A DNA stretch of 64,000 nt from Lingula anatina (taxonomy: Eukaryota; Animalia; Brachiopoda), in assembly GCA_051362555.1 (NCBI GenBank), contig CM120643.1, positions 11,878,644 through 11,942,643 on the forward strand, given 5' to 3'. The notes beneath the pieces were generated by a model. The model was not told the DNA's origin, did not search any database, and saw only the letters and a list, made by a program, of their open reading frames with translations. Below, in pieces: positions 25,950-40,038 of this stretch; the first letter of the stretch is position 1; each line of letters opens with the position of its first letter. Both the position numbers and the translations under genes were made by a program.

Positions 25950-26470
25950 ATATTAATTGTATCGATATTCTGACATTGCTTATATTCCGCCTCTTCAGGT
26001 TAATAACTTGCACCTATAACCCGTTAGATAATTGCCTGTATCTTGCCATATTGGAGAAAGACAGGACTAACATTTGCTGTACAAGACCAACAATGCAATT
26101 ACACGGTATAGCGGTTTTATACTCATTAGTCACATAAGAAGACCAGGCATTATAACTTCCCAAGATCTGCCTACTTTTATTACTCTGAGTTAGGGGTGAC
26201 ACTTCTTTTGTCCAGTGTGTGTAACTATGTTATAATAACAGTTTAAGCAAAGTTAATTTCTTTGTTATGTAAATTTAACTGTTTTCTACAATTAAAGTGA
26301 TTCTCAGTCAACAAATAACTGTTATGCAAGATTTTTTTTAGGGATCATGCTTCAGATAATAGGTTTCAATGTTGAACCTGTGACTTCAAATAATTATATC
26401 TACAGCGCTGTCAAAAGTTTATCCTTTTCTGATTTATTTCTTATCTTGACATCTTTCACTTTCTCGTCAC

Positions 26471-26535
26471 TCAAGATTTCTCAACTGGACAAAAAGCCCC
26501 AGCAACAGAATCATCGCCAGAAGTCATACTATTCC
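26471..26535 (-). CDS. NEK11-like putative terminal exon
   Basis: CTTTCAG| GNSMTSGDDSVAGAFCPVEKS*; minus-strand AATAAA at 26438-26433 just downstream. Confidence 0.5.
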
Positions 26536-29500
26536 CTGAAAGTTAAATATCAAAATATTAGTCCTGTACAAGCCATGTATTCCACTGGCTTTAAGTTTCT
26601 GCATTGTGTACAAATAAATGCAAGAGGAAATTGAAAATAAAAAAAAACATAGGGTAGAATGTACAAGAGAAAATAATTAATTTAGTTTTTTTTTTTTTCA
26701 ATCATCAAACAAAAATTTCACGGAAAAACATTGTCCTTGCTTATCTTCACCTTCTGCCTCTCCCTCTATTTCTTCGCCCACCTCTTCCAGCACTCCAAAG
26801 TCTTTAGGCTGAGAATAAAACGTGAACCCTGCTGCACTCTGATCTGAAATACCTGGTGGAGAGGAAGATGAAGAAATGGTGATGGGGAAACATTTTCATT
26901 CTAAGTGTACACTCTCATAAGTATGCTTGATGTCACGTCACACGTCAGGCTCAACTGATAGTCGAGTCGCCACTCCCATAGGCCCAATAGTCGAACCCTG
27001 CAATGTTCTTTCCTGTAAACTTTTTTTGCTGAAATGCATTCTTCAGGCCGAGAGAAGCAAAATTAGCTTGGTTGCTATTTCCGAGACCTTGAGCATTTTT
27101 CAATATGGCCGTCAATTTATGAGGAAAAATAGAAAAACGACCAGAAGTCGCCGGGTAAACTTTATTGACAGCTTTTTTGAACGTGTATCCTATCAGGAGA
27201 GGACAACAGTACTATTGAATACGCTTAAGCGCGTACCACTTAGCAAAAAACCAAAATGGCCGTCAAAACATAAGGCAGAAAATGATAAAAGCTGCAGAAT
27301 CAGTTTGTTTTTTGCATATTTATTTTTATTAAAACCATATCCCCTTTTTATATTTATGTTAATTATAATATTTTGTTAGTCATGACCCGAAACTCTTGGA
27401 ATAAGCTTATCTGACAGTTCAATAACCCCCAAGAGTCTATTTGCTACTTCTCCGGGTTCCATAGTCAAATACTTAAAATGTTATTCCCTGAATTTTTAAA
27501 AATAATTTTACACTTTGGGAGTATAAAAGCCAATTTCATTTGGGCTTTCTTGGCAGTAGCTAGATATGGAACATTGATCAATTTTCAAAATTCAAGATGG
27601 CCGTCAATAATATAAAAAATATATTATAATATCATTATATTATAAATAAATAATTATGTAACATAGCAAAGAGTCGGGTTTAAAGTGCATGGTATTCCAC
27701 ATTTCAAATGACCGCTAAAACATGCCCCAAAAAGGTAAAAAAAAAAGCAGTTAAATTACGTTTTAAACTGATTATTCGGCGTATAATAAAATATATCCAA
27801 CCTTGTTATTTATTGACAAAGTGTACTTGTAAGGTACAGTTATACTAAGACTCTATAAAAGAGGATCATTGATAGGACTGACCATTACGTAAGTTCTCTT
27901 TTTAATACAGAAAGTTTATCAAGGGCCAACGGGGGGTTCTGCAGGAATTTGGGCACAGGGAGTCCAAAATTTTAATCTGCAATCGGGACTCTTATATTTA
28001 CATGGAGTCCAACCAAGTCCATTGGTGGGGACCGGGGGGTGGGAGGGGGGGTGAGTGTAATTCAATTTTACTTGTCAAAATATTAACCTTATTATTTTTT
28101 TCGTATTTTTTTTATTGATCATACCTTAATATTTTAATTTTATATCTTTATCATAACTTTTTCAGTATGTACATAAAATTTAGCTTAAAACTTCCCATTC
28201 TTTTTATTGAGATTGGCACGTGTAAGAATATTTCATCAGTATATAACAGCATTTCTAGTTTTTCTTATTACTGCACTTTTTCACTTTACATTTTAAAGAG
28301 TCAATAAGCAAAACATCTTACAAATCTTTTGGTTATACATGTATATACTGACAGCCATTAAAATCCTTGAGGCCATATTTTTGAAAATAATTGTTATTTT
28401 GAAGCTCTAAACTGGATTATTTCCATACGAATCATTTGTTTAGGACATTGGTATACAGAACCAAAAATCTTAAGTTTTATGAATATTTTCAAAACAAAAA
28501 TGGCACCAGCCCAACACAAAGTCACAACGGTCAATAGCCGGTACGATCTCCGCTTGCTTCGATGCAGGCGGCGATCTGTTGGCGCATGCTCGGGCAATAA
28601 ATGTGGATGGGATGGTGTCGTGTGGAATCCTATTCCAGCCTTGTCGTAGTGCCTCGATCAGCTGCTGCCTTGGCCAACGGACGGCCAAGATATATGTAGT
28701 ACCAGATGTGTTCAATCGGATTCACATCCAGAAAATAGACAGGCCGGGGTAGGACATCCACCTTTGGGACTCCAGATACACTTGGATCATTTGTGCCGAA
28801 TGGGAACGGGTCATGTCCTGTTGGGAAAAAGTGATATCAGTTTTCTGCTGCATGAACGAGGTTATGTGAGGTTGCAGGATCTGATCTATGTAGTGACGAG
28901 CAGTTACTGGTATGTTGCCATCAACGACCACCATCGGCTGACCGCCAGCAAGTGTCGACGCACAGTGGGGCTGCTGTTCCGGTTGTTGTTCCTGCCGGGT
29001 GCCTCTTGTGCTGTAAGACTGGCATGGCGAAACTGGTTCCGTAGCTGATGCAACCTGGTGTAGCGATCCTTGTCTGGAGTTGTCACTCTCTGCGGTATAT
29101 CGCTAACAGAGCCAGGCATGTTGTGGCATTTAACCAGGTTCCTGATTGTGGGTTGGGAACAGCCCATACATTATAGCTCAAAGCAGACTCCCCTCACACC
29201 CAGTGCTCAGAGATGTACGTTGTTCACATGATAGACATGGCATGATTCCGTTCACTGGACTAACAACATGGGTGGCCGGGTGGCCTTTTTTTGGTGCAAT
29301 AAAGCATGGCAACATGACAACTCATCATTGTCTTAACTACCCGAGCACTAAGTCATCAATAAATGCACAATGAATAATTACATCTACCCTACAAGTAGAA
29401 AAATGCATTCATCACTATCTCAAAGCTTCCATTATCTGTAAGTATATATTGGCAAAAACAACATTTCGAATACATGATGTCGATGGAAAGCCCTCGCATA

Positions 29501-32500
29501 TCCCCGTACTATGTCACGTTGTCCAGAATAGCTGACCTCATGGCCCCTAACCTCTGGGTTTGTATACCCCTGCTTGGATCTCGGTTATTTATAATAAAAT
29601 TCATTATTAAACAACAAAAATGCCTTTACCCATAGCTGTTAAAATATTTAAAAGTTTACAAAAAAGGATAAGAATAATCCAACCTGAAGAAAACGATTTG
29701 ACGCCTTTTTTCAAAATGATTTTGTTTACACATACTAGAATGATAATTCCTTGCATTGATTTTTGATTTAGAATGAAAAACTAGTTGTCAGGACTGAGAT
29801 ATCCGCAATCAATGTTTGGTTTGATCATAGAGCAGCATTGACGGACATATTGGTTTTCGTTTTTAGTATCATTTAACCTAAAAATATGTTTTATTGTGTG
29901 CTGTGTCTTGAACGCAGGTATAGCGTTTTTCACTTTATATATGTATATATATTTGTTCCAGTTAAAGTCTATTTCAGTTAAAAGCCTTGTAGTTTTACAG
30001 TTGTTTATTTGCCCTTTCATTATGTTTTGGAGGCCATTTTTATTAAAATAACTTGCAAAATGAAATAAATGATCGCACTTTGCATGGATAAAATATAAAT
30101 ATGCAATGATGAACAATGGAGTGAAGCATTAATTTTTAATTTGAATGTATGGCTCTCGCTATTCACATAACAAATTGATGGCCATCTTGAATTTTGAAAA
30201 ATTGTAAATATCTCGTAATATAAGCTTCTCTTAGTTTTGTAACCCAGATGAAACAATTTCTTTAAAAAAAACTTGCAAGATATAACAAAGCAAGCTTTGA
30301 CTATGGGGCTCGTCGGAGTGGCAAATGGACTCTCAGGAGATGGCACCGTCTGCCACCAGCTGATTAATGTCAAATAAGCAGTTTCTGAGAGTTTAGGATC
30401 ATGACTAACAAATTATCATAATGGACATAAATAGAAAAGGCGGAAATGTTTTTAATAAGACTTAATTTGCAAAAAACGAACTTATTTTGCAGCTGTTTTT
30501 ACTCCCTGCCATATGTTTTGACGGCCATTTTGGCTTTTTTGCTATATATAACGGGCTTAAGTGTATTCACTAGTACTGTTGTGCTCTCCTGATAGGATAC
30601 ACGTTCAAAAAAGCTGTCAATAAAGTTTACCCGGCGACTTCTGCTCGTTTTCCTATTTTTTCTCATAAATTGACGGCCATATTGAAAAATGCTCAAGGTC
30701 TCGGAAATAGCAACCAAGCTAATTTTGCTTCTCTCGACCTAAAGAATGCATTTCAGCGAAAAAAGTTTACAGGAAAAAACATTGCAGGGTTAGCGTTCTG
30801 GCTACTCGACTATGACTGAATAGACAGTGTACTACCATTTAAGAGAGATTCTGATCACGTGGTTGAGATCTACAAACAGTGGATACTTTATTCCACCTTA
30901 ACGATGCAGGTCTCAACCATGAACAACAGAACGACTAACTACACGGTAACAAAAGTTAGTAGATAAAAAGTAAACTGGCATAAAAAGTAAATGTATAGCA
31001 CAGTCATACCGTATATGTATATAAAGTTGGCGTGATCTGCATGACTTACGAAACTAAAAGTATATATATCTGCACGTCCACGATACTGGGTAAGTGTGAG
31101 ATAATACACTGTCACCAGACGATATATGCCATAACACTTGAGCGTCAGCTTAAATTAAAAAATCCCGAAATTGAGCTGTCTGTATAGTTCACCGGTATGG
31201 AAGATAATACTTTGAACTGAAGTTGAAAACAGAAATGACGGTAATGCACAACAACTCGTTTTCTTCGCGCACGAAAATTTGCGACGAAGAGCAATTTTTG
31301 CTTTTCTCTAGTGTGTGTGTGTGCCGTAAATGTTCCCTGAGATGGCCAAAAAAACATGACAATACTATTGTGACAGCTTTCTGTTCTATAATGTACAACT
31401 GCAAAACAGACTGGTATGTCTATTTCCCACATTTAAGCGCTGTTTTAGTGTCATTTTCGACTAAGAATTAAAAAGTTTAAAATACACAGCAAAGTTTGGA
31501 AACACAAATTTGTTTGTTATAAGAAGACAAAACCACCCCCTTTCACAAGAAAGCACCCCTATTGTTATCCAGTACATAGGAATATTTTGACAGACTTTCA
31601 AAGATGATAACCCATTGTTGTTATCCAGTATCGTGGACGTGCAGGTATAATAATTACAAAACGCAAGCTGAAATGTTTCGATACTGTCAGCTTAGGCCAA
31701 CCTTGTTTCACGTGTTCCGTTCGACAGGCGCACGACAGGCGAACGCTACACGTTCGCATGTCATACTTTTTCCTTTTATTTGAGAAATCGTAGACCTCAC
31801 TCAGCGGCTGTTGATCGTGTCGAAAAATTTCTACGTGCTGTCTGCGACCTCCAAAAGTTGCAAAAGTAAAAGCCCGTACGTTGGGTTGGGATCCAGTGTT
31901 TAGTCGTATATACTACGAAACGAAGGCACAATAAGGCACTTTTAGAAGTATGTTACTCTGTATGTCCACTTCCTGAAAAATCAATTTCCATTCTATATAC
32001 TATAGATAATATAACGGATCGACTTTGACTGAGGTTATTTTTACTGACCAATACACGGCAAAGGAGGCGTGGTTCGGGTTCTTGGTTTCAACAGGGCTTC
32101 TCCTACATCAGATTTTCCCTCATTGTCTTCACTGTGGGGCTCTAAAATACACAGACACACACACAAAACATTCTCCCTGAATGTCTGTAAAAAATTGCGT
32201 TAATACAGCAGTGTATAGTAATAATAATAAGTTGATAATTTATTATATGGCGCATTCCATTAAAAATCTCAATACATCTTACAATTGTTTTTAATAAGAG
32301 AGCTTAATATTACAATTAATAAAGATTTAAAAAGACAAAGTTGAAATCTATAATGGCAAACTAAAACTCAATTATAAAATTACAGATAAAACTTATTAAA
32401 ATTTTGAAGTTTAAGGGTAAAAATTTAATTTAGAAAACATCTGAAAGAATAAATAAATAATGTTGACTACATATCATATATGTCTATATTATTACTCTGT

Positions 32501-35500
32501 GTAATTGTGAAAATAAAAGAGCTTGTAAACATTCAAACTTAAAATACCTAAAAATGTTTCAATGCCTTCTACTATTAGGCACAGGTCATCTTCATCTTCT
32601 GCCTGTCCCTTAACTTCATCCTCCACGGCATGTGGTTGTTTACTATTTGTGGCTTCCTGGGTGTTTAGAGCCAACATGACTTCCTCTAAATCAAAATTTT
32701 CCTCTATTTTTGCTCTGCCTCTCACTTAAAACATAAATATATAGGCATTTTACCTGATTGTTGTTGAATCTGCATTAATAGAACACTGCATGATAATTAT
32801 CATATATTATATGAATCATATTACTACTCAGTATGATTGTGAAATAAAAAGTGAGTGATAAAGTATTGCAATGAACAAAAAAGCATTAACGTCTGTTTGA
32901 CAATTCTCAAAATACAATGCAGTGAATCAATTAATCTTTCATCGTATATAAGTTGGTCAGCTACGTCTCTTCTACTACAGGTACACTGTATTAGCATAGT
33001 GTGTGAATGTGGTGCACTTGGAAGTTAAACTAAAGATTGTGTTCACACTAGGATAGAAGATAAAGCTATATTTGGGTCCGAGGTTTACAGTGCGATTCAA
33101 TAAACAATTGTACATTGTGTTGTGCCGGTGTGACAGGAATAGTAGTCCGCTAGGAACCGTAGTCCGTTCCCCATTACTTTGTATAGGTAACATTCGTCCC
33201 ATAATTATACTAACCCCAATATGGCAATAATCCAACTAACCCTAGCCACATGGGAGCCTGGACTTTCATTCCTATGCCTACCATTCCTGTCACACCGGTA
33301 TAGTGTGTGTGTGTGTGTGTGTGTGTGTGTCAAAAGATGTTTTGAGCGCTGGTGTTTCTTGTTACGTAATTGCATATCTGCATATGCATTAATAATGCAC
33401 GTGTGTAAGTGTTCGTGTGTGTTCATACCGGAATGTTATCTCACCTGGTGCACTCTGGGGTCTTTTTTTTCGTACCTTACTGGTTCTCTCATAAAGCAAT
33501 TCTCTTGCCTAGAATATCAGTTTATCATAATCTAGACGTTAAACAAATTGAAATACATTTTTTTATATAAAATGGGTAATGATGTATAGAGAAATGAGTG
33601 TGACATTTGTGTTGGATAAAAATCGAGATCAAAACATGGTTCACATCAAGTTTAAAGGATGACATTTACAGTATTGAAATTGGGAATATGTGTCGATATT
33701 TGTTGTAAGGCCATTATCAATTAACCAAAAACATGCATTAACTTGAAATAAATATCAGTCAATTTTCAGGGGCGGATCCAGAGCTATTTTCTGACAGTCG
33801 TCCAAATTATCTTTATTGATCTATCCTCCAATTGTGACCGTCTTCCAACAGAAAAAAATAAGATACCTTTTAATGTAAATTTGAAAATCTGACCGTCTTC
33901 TGGAAGACCCAAAAGACGGCCTAAATCCGCCCCTGATTTTCTTAACTGGTGTTAATTTAGGTGTGATGGTGCATAGTACTCACTTTGGTTCCTAAAAAAC
34001 TAGATTTAGTCTGGTCTTTCTTTGTTTGTGCTTCTTCGGAGCTCTGTCCGACAGCCTCTCTATAAATGATACATGCAACATCCATTATAAATAACGAATA
34101 AATATCGACACCCATCTTTCATATTTGCAGATGTATTTACACTCTACCTGATAGCACAAGCGCAATAGCGATTTTTATCCAACAAGGAAAATGGGCCCAA
34201 ATTCGGCTGCCAGCTAGTTCTCCGATTGTCGGTTCACCCACCAGCAATGCAGGCGGTTGTAGGCAGTGAGCCAAAGTCATTTTGTATAGCTGACCAACGT
34301 TAGCATGTCGGTTATGAAATGAGAGCAGTTATAATTAGATAAATTTACTTTTCCTAAATTTCCGTGTTCCGTGGCATCAATATTCCGTTGACACCCAATT
34401 TGATGAGTTTAACTTACACAATTATACAAGTATCGGTTAAGTTGAAAGGCAAACTCTTCTGTGGGTCACACAGAAAGCAACTCTCTGAACCACATCATTG
34501 ACACACACATTTTGTTCAGAGACAGCAGGAAGAGACAGCAAGTCAGCATTAAGCCAGCATGAGGAACAATCTGGACATAAAGTATCATATGGTCCTATAA
34601 TCAACAAAGTCAAGGTGATTGACAGTGAACCAAGGGAAGATTACAGAAAAGTCTTAGATGACAGGGGCCAGTCTCAACAGAAATGATGGTGCCATCCTCC
34701 CTGACCTCTCCCTTTCCTAAGACAATAGGTGGGGGGGGGGGAGAGAAAAAAAATCACACCATTCTACATTTTGTTCAATATAAATATTCAATAGCAGCTA
34801 CCGTTATATTGGGTGCATGGCAATAGTGCGAATGTTCATTTGTCTAGATGCTAAACAGTTAGAAACTTAAAAGCTAATTTATTAGTTCGAAATAAAAATC
34901 TTGTAAATGTTCAGTTAGCTTATGTTTGAATATTATCTTTATTTTTCAGCATTGCATGTGCTGCAAGTAGACTATGTGCACGTAGCTGAGGTTGATTATC
35001 TCTAGGATGATATTAATGATTTCTCGAAGAAGCTTAATTTCTGAGTTGATGTTATAAAAAGAGAGTAAAAGAATCTTTTCCCCGGCCGCTAGGGAAGAGG
35101 GGGTTTGGTATCCTCCGTTGTTTTTATACTTTTTTTGTTGAGGAGTATTATGTCATCAGCTGAAACTATATATATAGCACATTCACTGATACGACATTCA
35201 GCAAATACCTGAAGAAAAATAAAGTCCATGAACATCATATGATAATACTACATGTATAACAACCTGTATTATACAGAGACCTTTTCGGCCTGATTTTGAC
35301 CAACGGGGTATATGTCCTTTCACATACATCATCATCATCATCATCATTTAGAGCCTATAGTGTTCCACTGTTGGACAAAGGCCTCAGCATGCTTTTTCCA
35401 TTGTTTCCTATCCTGAGCCTCGGATTTCCAGTTTGGCCAAGGTTTCTTCTCCCAAGACTTCCAGTAGTCATCTAATTCATCCCTCCATCGTTTGACCGGC

Positions 35501-38500
35501 CTTCCTCTTTTTCTTTGTCCATACCGTAAGCCTGATTGTCCACCTATTGTCCTTCATTCTTTTGACATGTCCTGCCCACCTCCATTTCGTTTCTTTAACT
35601 GTGAGCAGTACGTCCTTAACTTTGGTCTGTTCACGTAACCATACATTCGTTTTCCGCTCTCTTGGACTGATGTTCAACATAATTCTTTCCATCTTTCTCT
35701 GAGCTACTTGTAGCTTGTGTTCCATGGGGGCATTCAGTGCCCAGGTCTCTGAACCATAGGTGATTGCCGGCAGCACACAAGCATTGAACACTTTCTTTTT
35801 CAGGCAGGTAGGAAGATTGCTCTTGAAGATGTCATTGTGCTTCCCATATGCTGCCCATCCTGCTTTTATCCTTCGTTGGATTTCTTTCTCCAGTGTTCGA
35901 TCACTAAGGCTGAACCGTTGCCCAAGGTATATATACTCTTCTACTGCTTCTATCTCTTTGGTGTTGACCTTCACTGTGCAAGGGGTGGTTAGTGGTCCAA
36001 ACATCACCTTTGTCTTGCTGGTGTTCATCTTTAGCCCACTTTTTGCGCTTTCATCTGCTAACACCTGTAGCATTTCTTCGAGGTCTTTTGCATCATCTGC
36101 TACTATTATGATGTCGTCTGCAAACCTAAGGTGATTGAGCCTGGTACCGTCTATGTTTATGCCCTTGTCCTGCCAGTCTATATCCCTGAATATACATTCC
36201 AATGCTGCTGTGAACAGTTTAGGAGAGATTGTATCTCCTTGGCGTACACCTTTCTTGATCCTGATCTTATTGGTGGTCTTGTGTAGTTTGACTGTTACAG
36301 AGCTATCGGTGTATGTCTCTGAGGACGTCTACGTATCCATCTTCGATCCCTAGATCTTGCAGGGATGCCAGTATATACTGGGTTTCTACTGAGTCGAAGG
36401 CTTTTTCATAATCAACGAATGCTACACATAGTGGGATGTTATACTCGAGACATTTCTCTTTGAGCTGGTTGACAGTGTGCATATGATCAGTAGTGGTGTA
36501 CTGGCCTCTGAAACCCTTCTTGTTCCTTTGGCTGCGCTTCATCTAATTGTCTTGTTAGCCTTTCGGTCAAAATTTTGGTGTAAATCTTGTACAAATTAGA
36601 AAGTAGGCAGATGGGTCTGTAATTCTTAATGTCTTTCCTATTGCCCATTTCGAACATTATGATCATGTTGGCGTTCTTCCATGCTACAGGAATTGTCTTC
36701 AGATGTAAGCATATATGTGAAGAGCCTGGCTAATTCCTGAGATAGGATATCTCCTCCTGCTTTTACCATTTCTGCTTTGATGTTGTCATTTCCTGCTGCC
36801 TTCCCGTTCTTCATTTTCTGGACTGCTGACTCTACTTCCCAAGCTGTTATGTCTGGTAGATCGCATGCCTTTGTTGAGATTTCTATTCCCTTGTTGCTTT
36901 CACATACAGTTAATGTAAAAAGTCCTGAAGAGTCTGAGATTGAATTCCTATTTACATCATGCCACGGCTGTCTGAGCTGGACATGGATCATGGGACTGAC
37001 CACTGCCAATGGCACACTGTCGGGGTTTCGGCGATCATAGGTGGCAATTTCCAAACAGAACTCGTGGTGATTGCAGTGATAAGTGGAAATTTGATAGCAG
37101 TACAGATATGGAGCTTTTGTGCCATTCAGGCATCAACACCCGATTCTACACGGGCTCCAACAAGACAACGACCTCCCTCATGCTGCCAGGATAGCACAGG
37201 AGTACTTGCAGCAGGAGCATATCCAGACTCTTCAGTGGTCAGCGTTTTAAGAACAAACATGCCTCCCACTGAGCATGCCTGGAATGAACTGGACGAACGA
37301 ATTCATAACCACCAGCCACAGCTTTAAAATTCGAGAAATTGGTTTTTACGTGGCTAGTGTCCTTTAATATATTGAACTTATTTACCTCATATATTTCGGA
37401 AAACCAGAAATCGGTTAACACCAGTAACAGCAAGTCAGCATTAAGCCAGCATGAGTAACAATCCGGAAGTATCACATGGTTCCATAATTAAAAAAAAGTT
37501 GATTGATAGTGAACCAAAAGAACACTACAGAAAAGACCTGGAAGCCATCCACACCAATAGGACAGCGCCAGTCTCCACAGAAATGACCTATACTACCTGC
37601 CTTTCCTAAGGCAATAGGTGGGGGGAGGGGCAAGTATAGAGGCTATTCACCTGAATAACATCATTCCTTGATGGAGATTCTCTGTTAGACATCGAATTTA
37701 ATTAAATTAGTTCAATATAAAGCTGCTGATCGAAGAAAAAGACCTTATTCTTAGGGTACTAGCCTGTATTGCAGCCAGAGGAGGGCACACGTGTTACTGA
37801 ACAATATACCTGTATAGATCATAATCATGTGTATATTTATCCCGTGTACCAGCTGAAGATTGCACGCTAAATTTAGTGTTAAAAATACAATAGACGAGTT
37901 TGATAATTTCAGGGTAGATAAACGATTGTAAGCGGAATATGGTGATTGGCCTATTTCCCCAGTCGACTGGATTTGCACGCCCCTTTTGAGTATAATATAA
38001 CTACTTATATAAACAACCTGTCTCGAACGATTTGTTCTCTATTTTTTAGTGTCACGAGCTAGCTGCACGCTAAACCAGTGCCAGTTGTTATTTCATTTAA
38101 TTTGCTGTGTCGCGTGGTCAACAATTAAACAAAATAATATTCGTTTGAGCATGGTCAACAATTCAACCTGCCTCTTCGTATGTCAAAAGGAACTGTTCTA
38201 AATTTTACGCATATAATATTTATAAGAAATGAATAAATTAAGAATGAGGAAAGAAAATTGGCAGAAAATCCAGCAGCTTTCATTTCCATAATGTAAAAGT
38301 AACAACAAAACCAAAAATAATCCCCATTACACTAGTAGCATCGTCGCAACATGTACGTAGTATGAACAAATTACAATAGTAACATAGAAAACAACAGTGT
38401 TTTTAGAACAAATATCGATATCGTAAACAAGCTTATTACGCGTAGCATGACTTAATACAAATCACTTGTACTGGAAAACGAACAAAGTAATGACACCGTA

Positions 38501-39973
38501 AAGTCTTATCAGAAAGTTGCTTGGTCTAAAGAAGCACACGTTTGGGTCTATTTTTAACCTTAAAAAATCTTTTATTGTTAAACCGGCGACAAGGCACTTA
38601 TTTAGGGATAAAAATAGAGGTCTTCCCTGAATTACCATAATTACCGTATGTTATGTATTACATACTCCATGCACTCGCCTTTGTTCTGAATTCTGGTCAT
38701 AAAGTTCCCCTGTCATGAGCTTTGTCTTTTTCAGATGACTGTTGAGCAGAGCTCATTTTTAATAGGTTCAATTTTTTCACTATTTTTAACGACAAACTAC
38801 ATATTTGTATATTGCAGATGATCAACCATGTGTCGCTTTGCGCAGTGCTGAACGACCCACGTTTTATTAGACACATCTTCAATTATTTATCCTATTTAGT
38901 GTATCTGTACAATGCATTTCAACAACGTAAGTAAAATATTCAAGTTGATGGAATTATGCAGTAACAGCGTAATCGATCTGGTTCAGTTAATTTCATTCCC
39001 CTGCTAAAGATCGGTGATGCCGACCTCAGTTAATTTTTTTAAGTTGAGTGCTTTATTTATTTTCTCTCCTTTGTGATATTACAAGAAAAAGAGGGAGAGA
39101 GGGAGTATTCAAAAGAGGAGTAAAATATAATAAACAAAAAAGAAAATACAATAAAATATTCAAAGGACTCATGGTGGGAGTAACACCAGATTGTTTCGCG
39201 GCAAATTTGTGTAAGACTGGGTTCCAGTGCCAAGATCGATCCATCTGGATCGATCTAACTCTCTGGGGAGTCTCACTAAATTTTTATAAACTAACCGGCT
39301 TAAATGTCTGTCACGCCTACCAAATCAGCTAGGGGGTAAAGATAACTACCCCCTAACAGCTTTACTAGGCGTGGCAGACATTTAAGCCGGCCAAGTTGAC
39401 AGCAATTAAGTGAGACTCCCCAGGGTAGATCGATCCAAATATTTGTGGGAATGGTCCCTAAGTCAAGTTGATCTTCGAAAGACGACTTTATCTGTTAAAG
39501 GTCACACATGTTAAGACTTCACAGCTTATTGTAATGCTTTGGTCCATGATCACACTTCCTCATTTTAGTAAGTGGTATTTAAGGATAGTATTTGTCTATA
39601 TTTGTACGTTGATCCCTTTTGTCAGTTGACAGGACGAGGTGTTGCTTTGTCTACAAAAGCGGGCTATGAGCCATATGAATAAGGGTTTATAGCTCCTCGC
39701 TTGCACCCCTACAGTTGAATCACCATGACTTTCCTACATGTACATGTAGCACTATTTAACTATCCTCTGATAACAGGGCCCCACTTAAATACATACAAAA
39801 ATCACACTCTACTTTTTGACACTTTTGTAACAGACTAGCGCTGTTTTCAGAGAGTACTATTTTACCATGATTAAGGGATGTGATTGCATTCATCTTTTTC
39901 AACACTGGTCCTGTTCACACAAGACTGTTTTACAGAGAAATAATAAAAATACCCGAGAGCGCGCGCGCTGATG

Positions 39974-40038
<65 letters not shown>

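Larger units (their letters stand above)
23375..26221 (-). mobile_element. Tc1 family A copy 2 with two nested insertions
   Basis: Same TIRs and TA TSD; FSDE, QDDNAPCH and [12 protein letters not shown] give 34-residue D-E spacing; interrupted at 24323-25478 and 25643-25949. Confidence 0.92.

Noticed and set aside
26927-30717. Two ORFs encoding nearly the same peptide on opposite strands (26927+ and 30499-)
   Set aside because: They are translations of the two TIRs of the Academ-type element, not duplicated genes.
35088-35208. Good minus-strand acceptor with a short open frame
   Set aside because: The phase does not fit exon 8, it ends in a stop, and the peptide is not recognisable.
38665-38810. 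Possible extra NEK11-like exon with a GTATGT donor
   Set aside because: One frame has a stop and the other gives an incompatible phase and a weak acceptor; no recognisable similarity.
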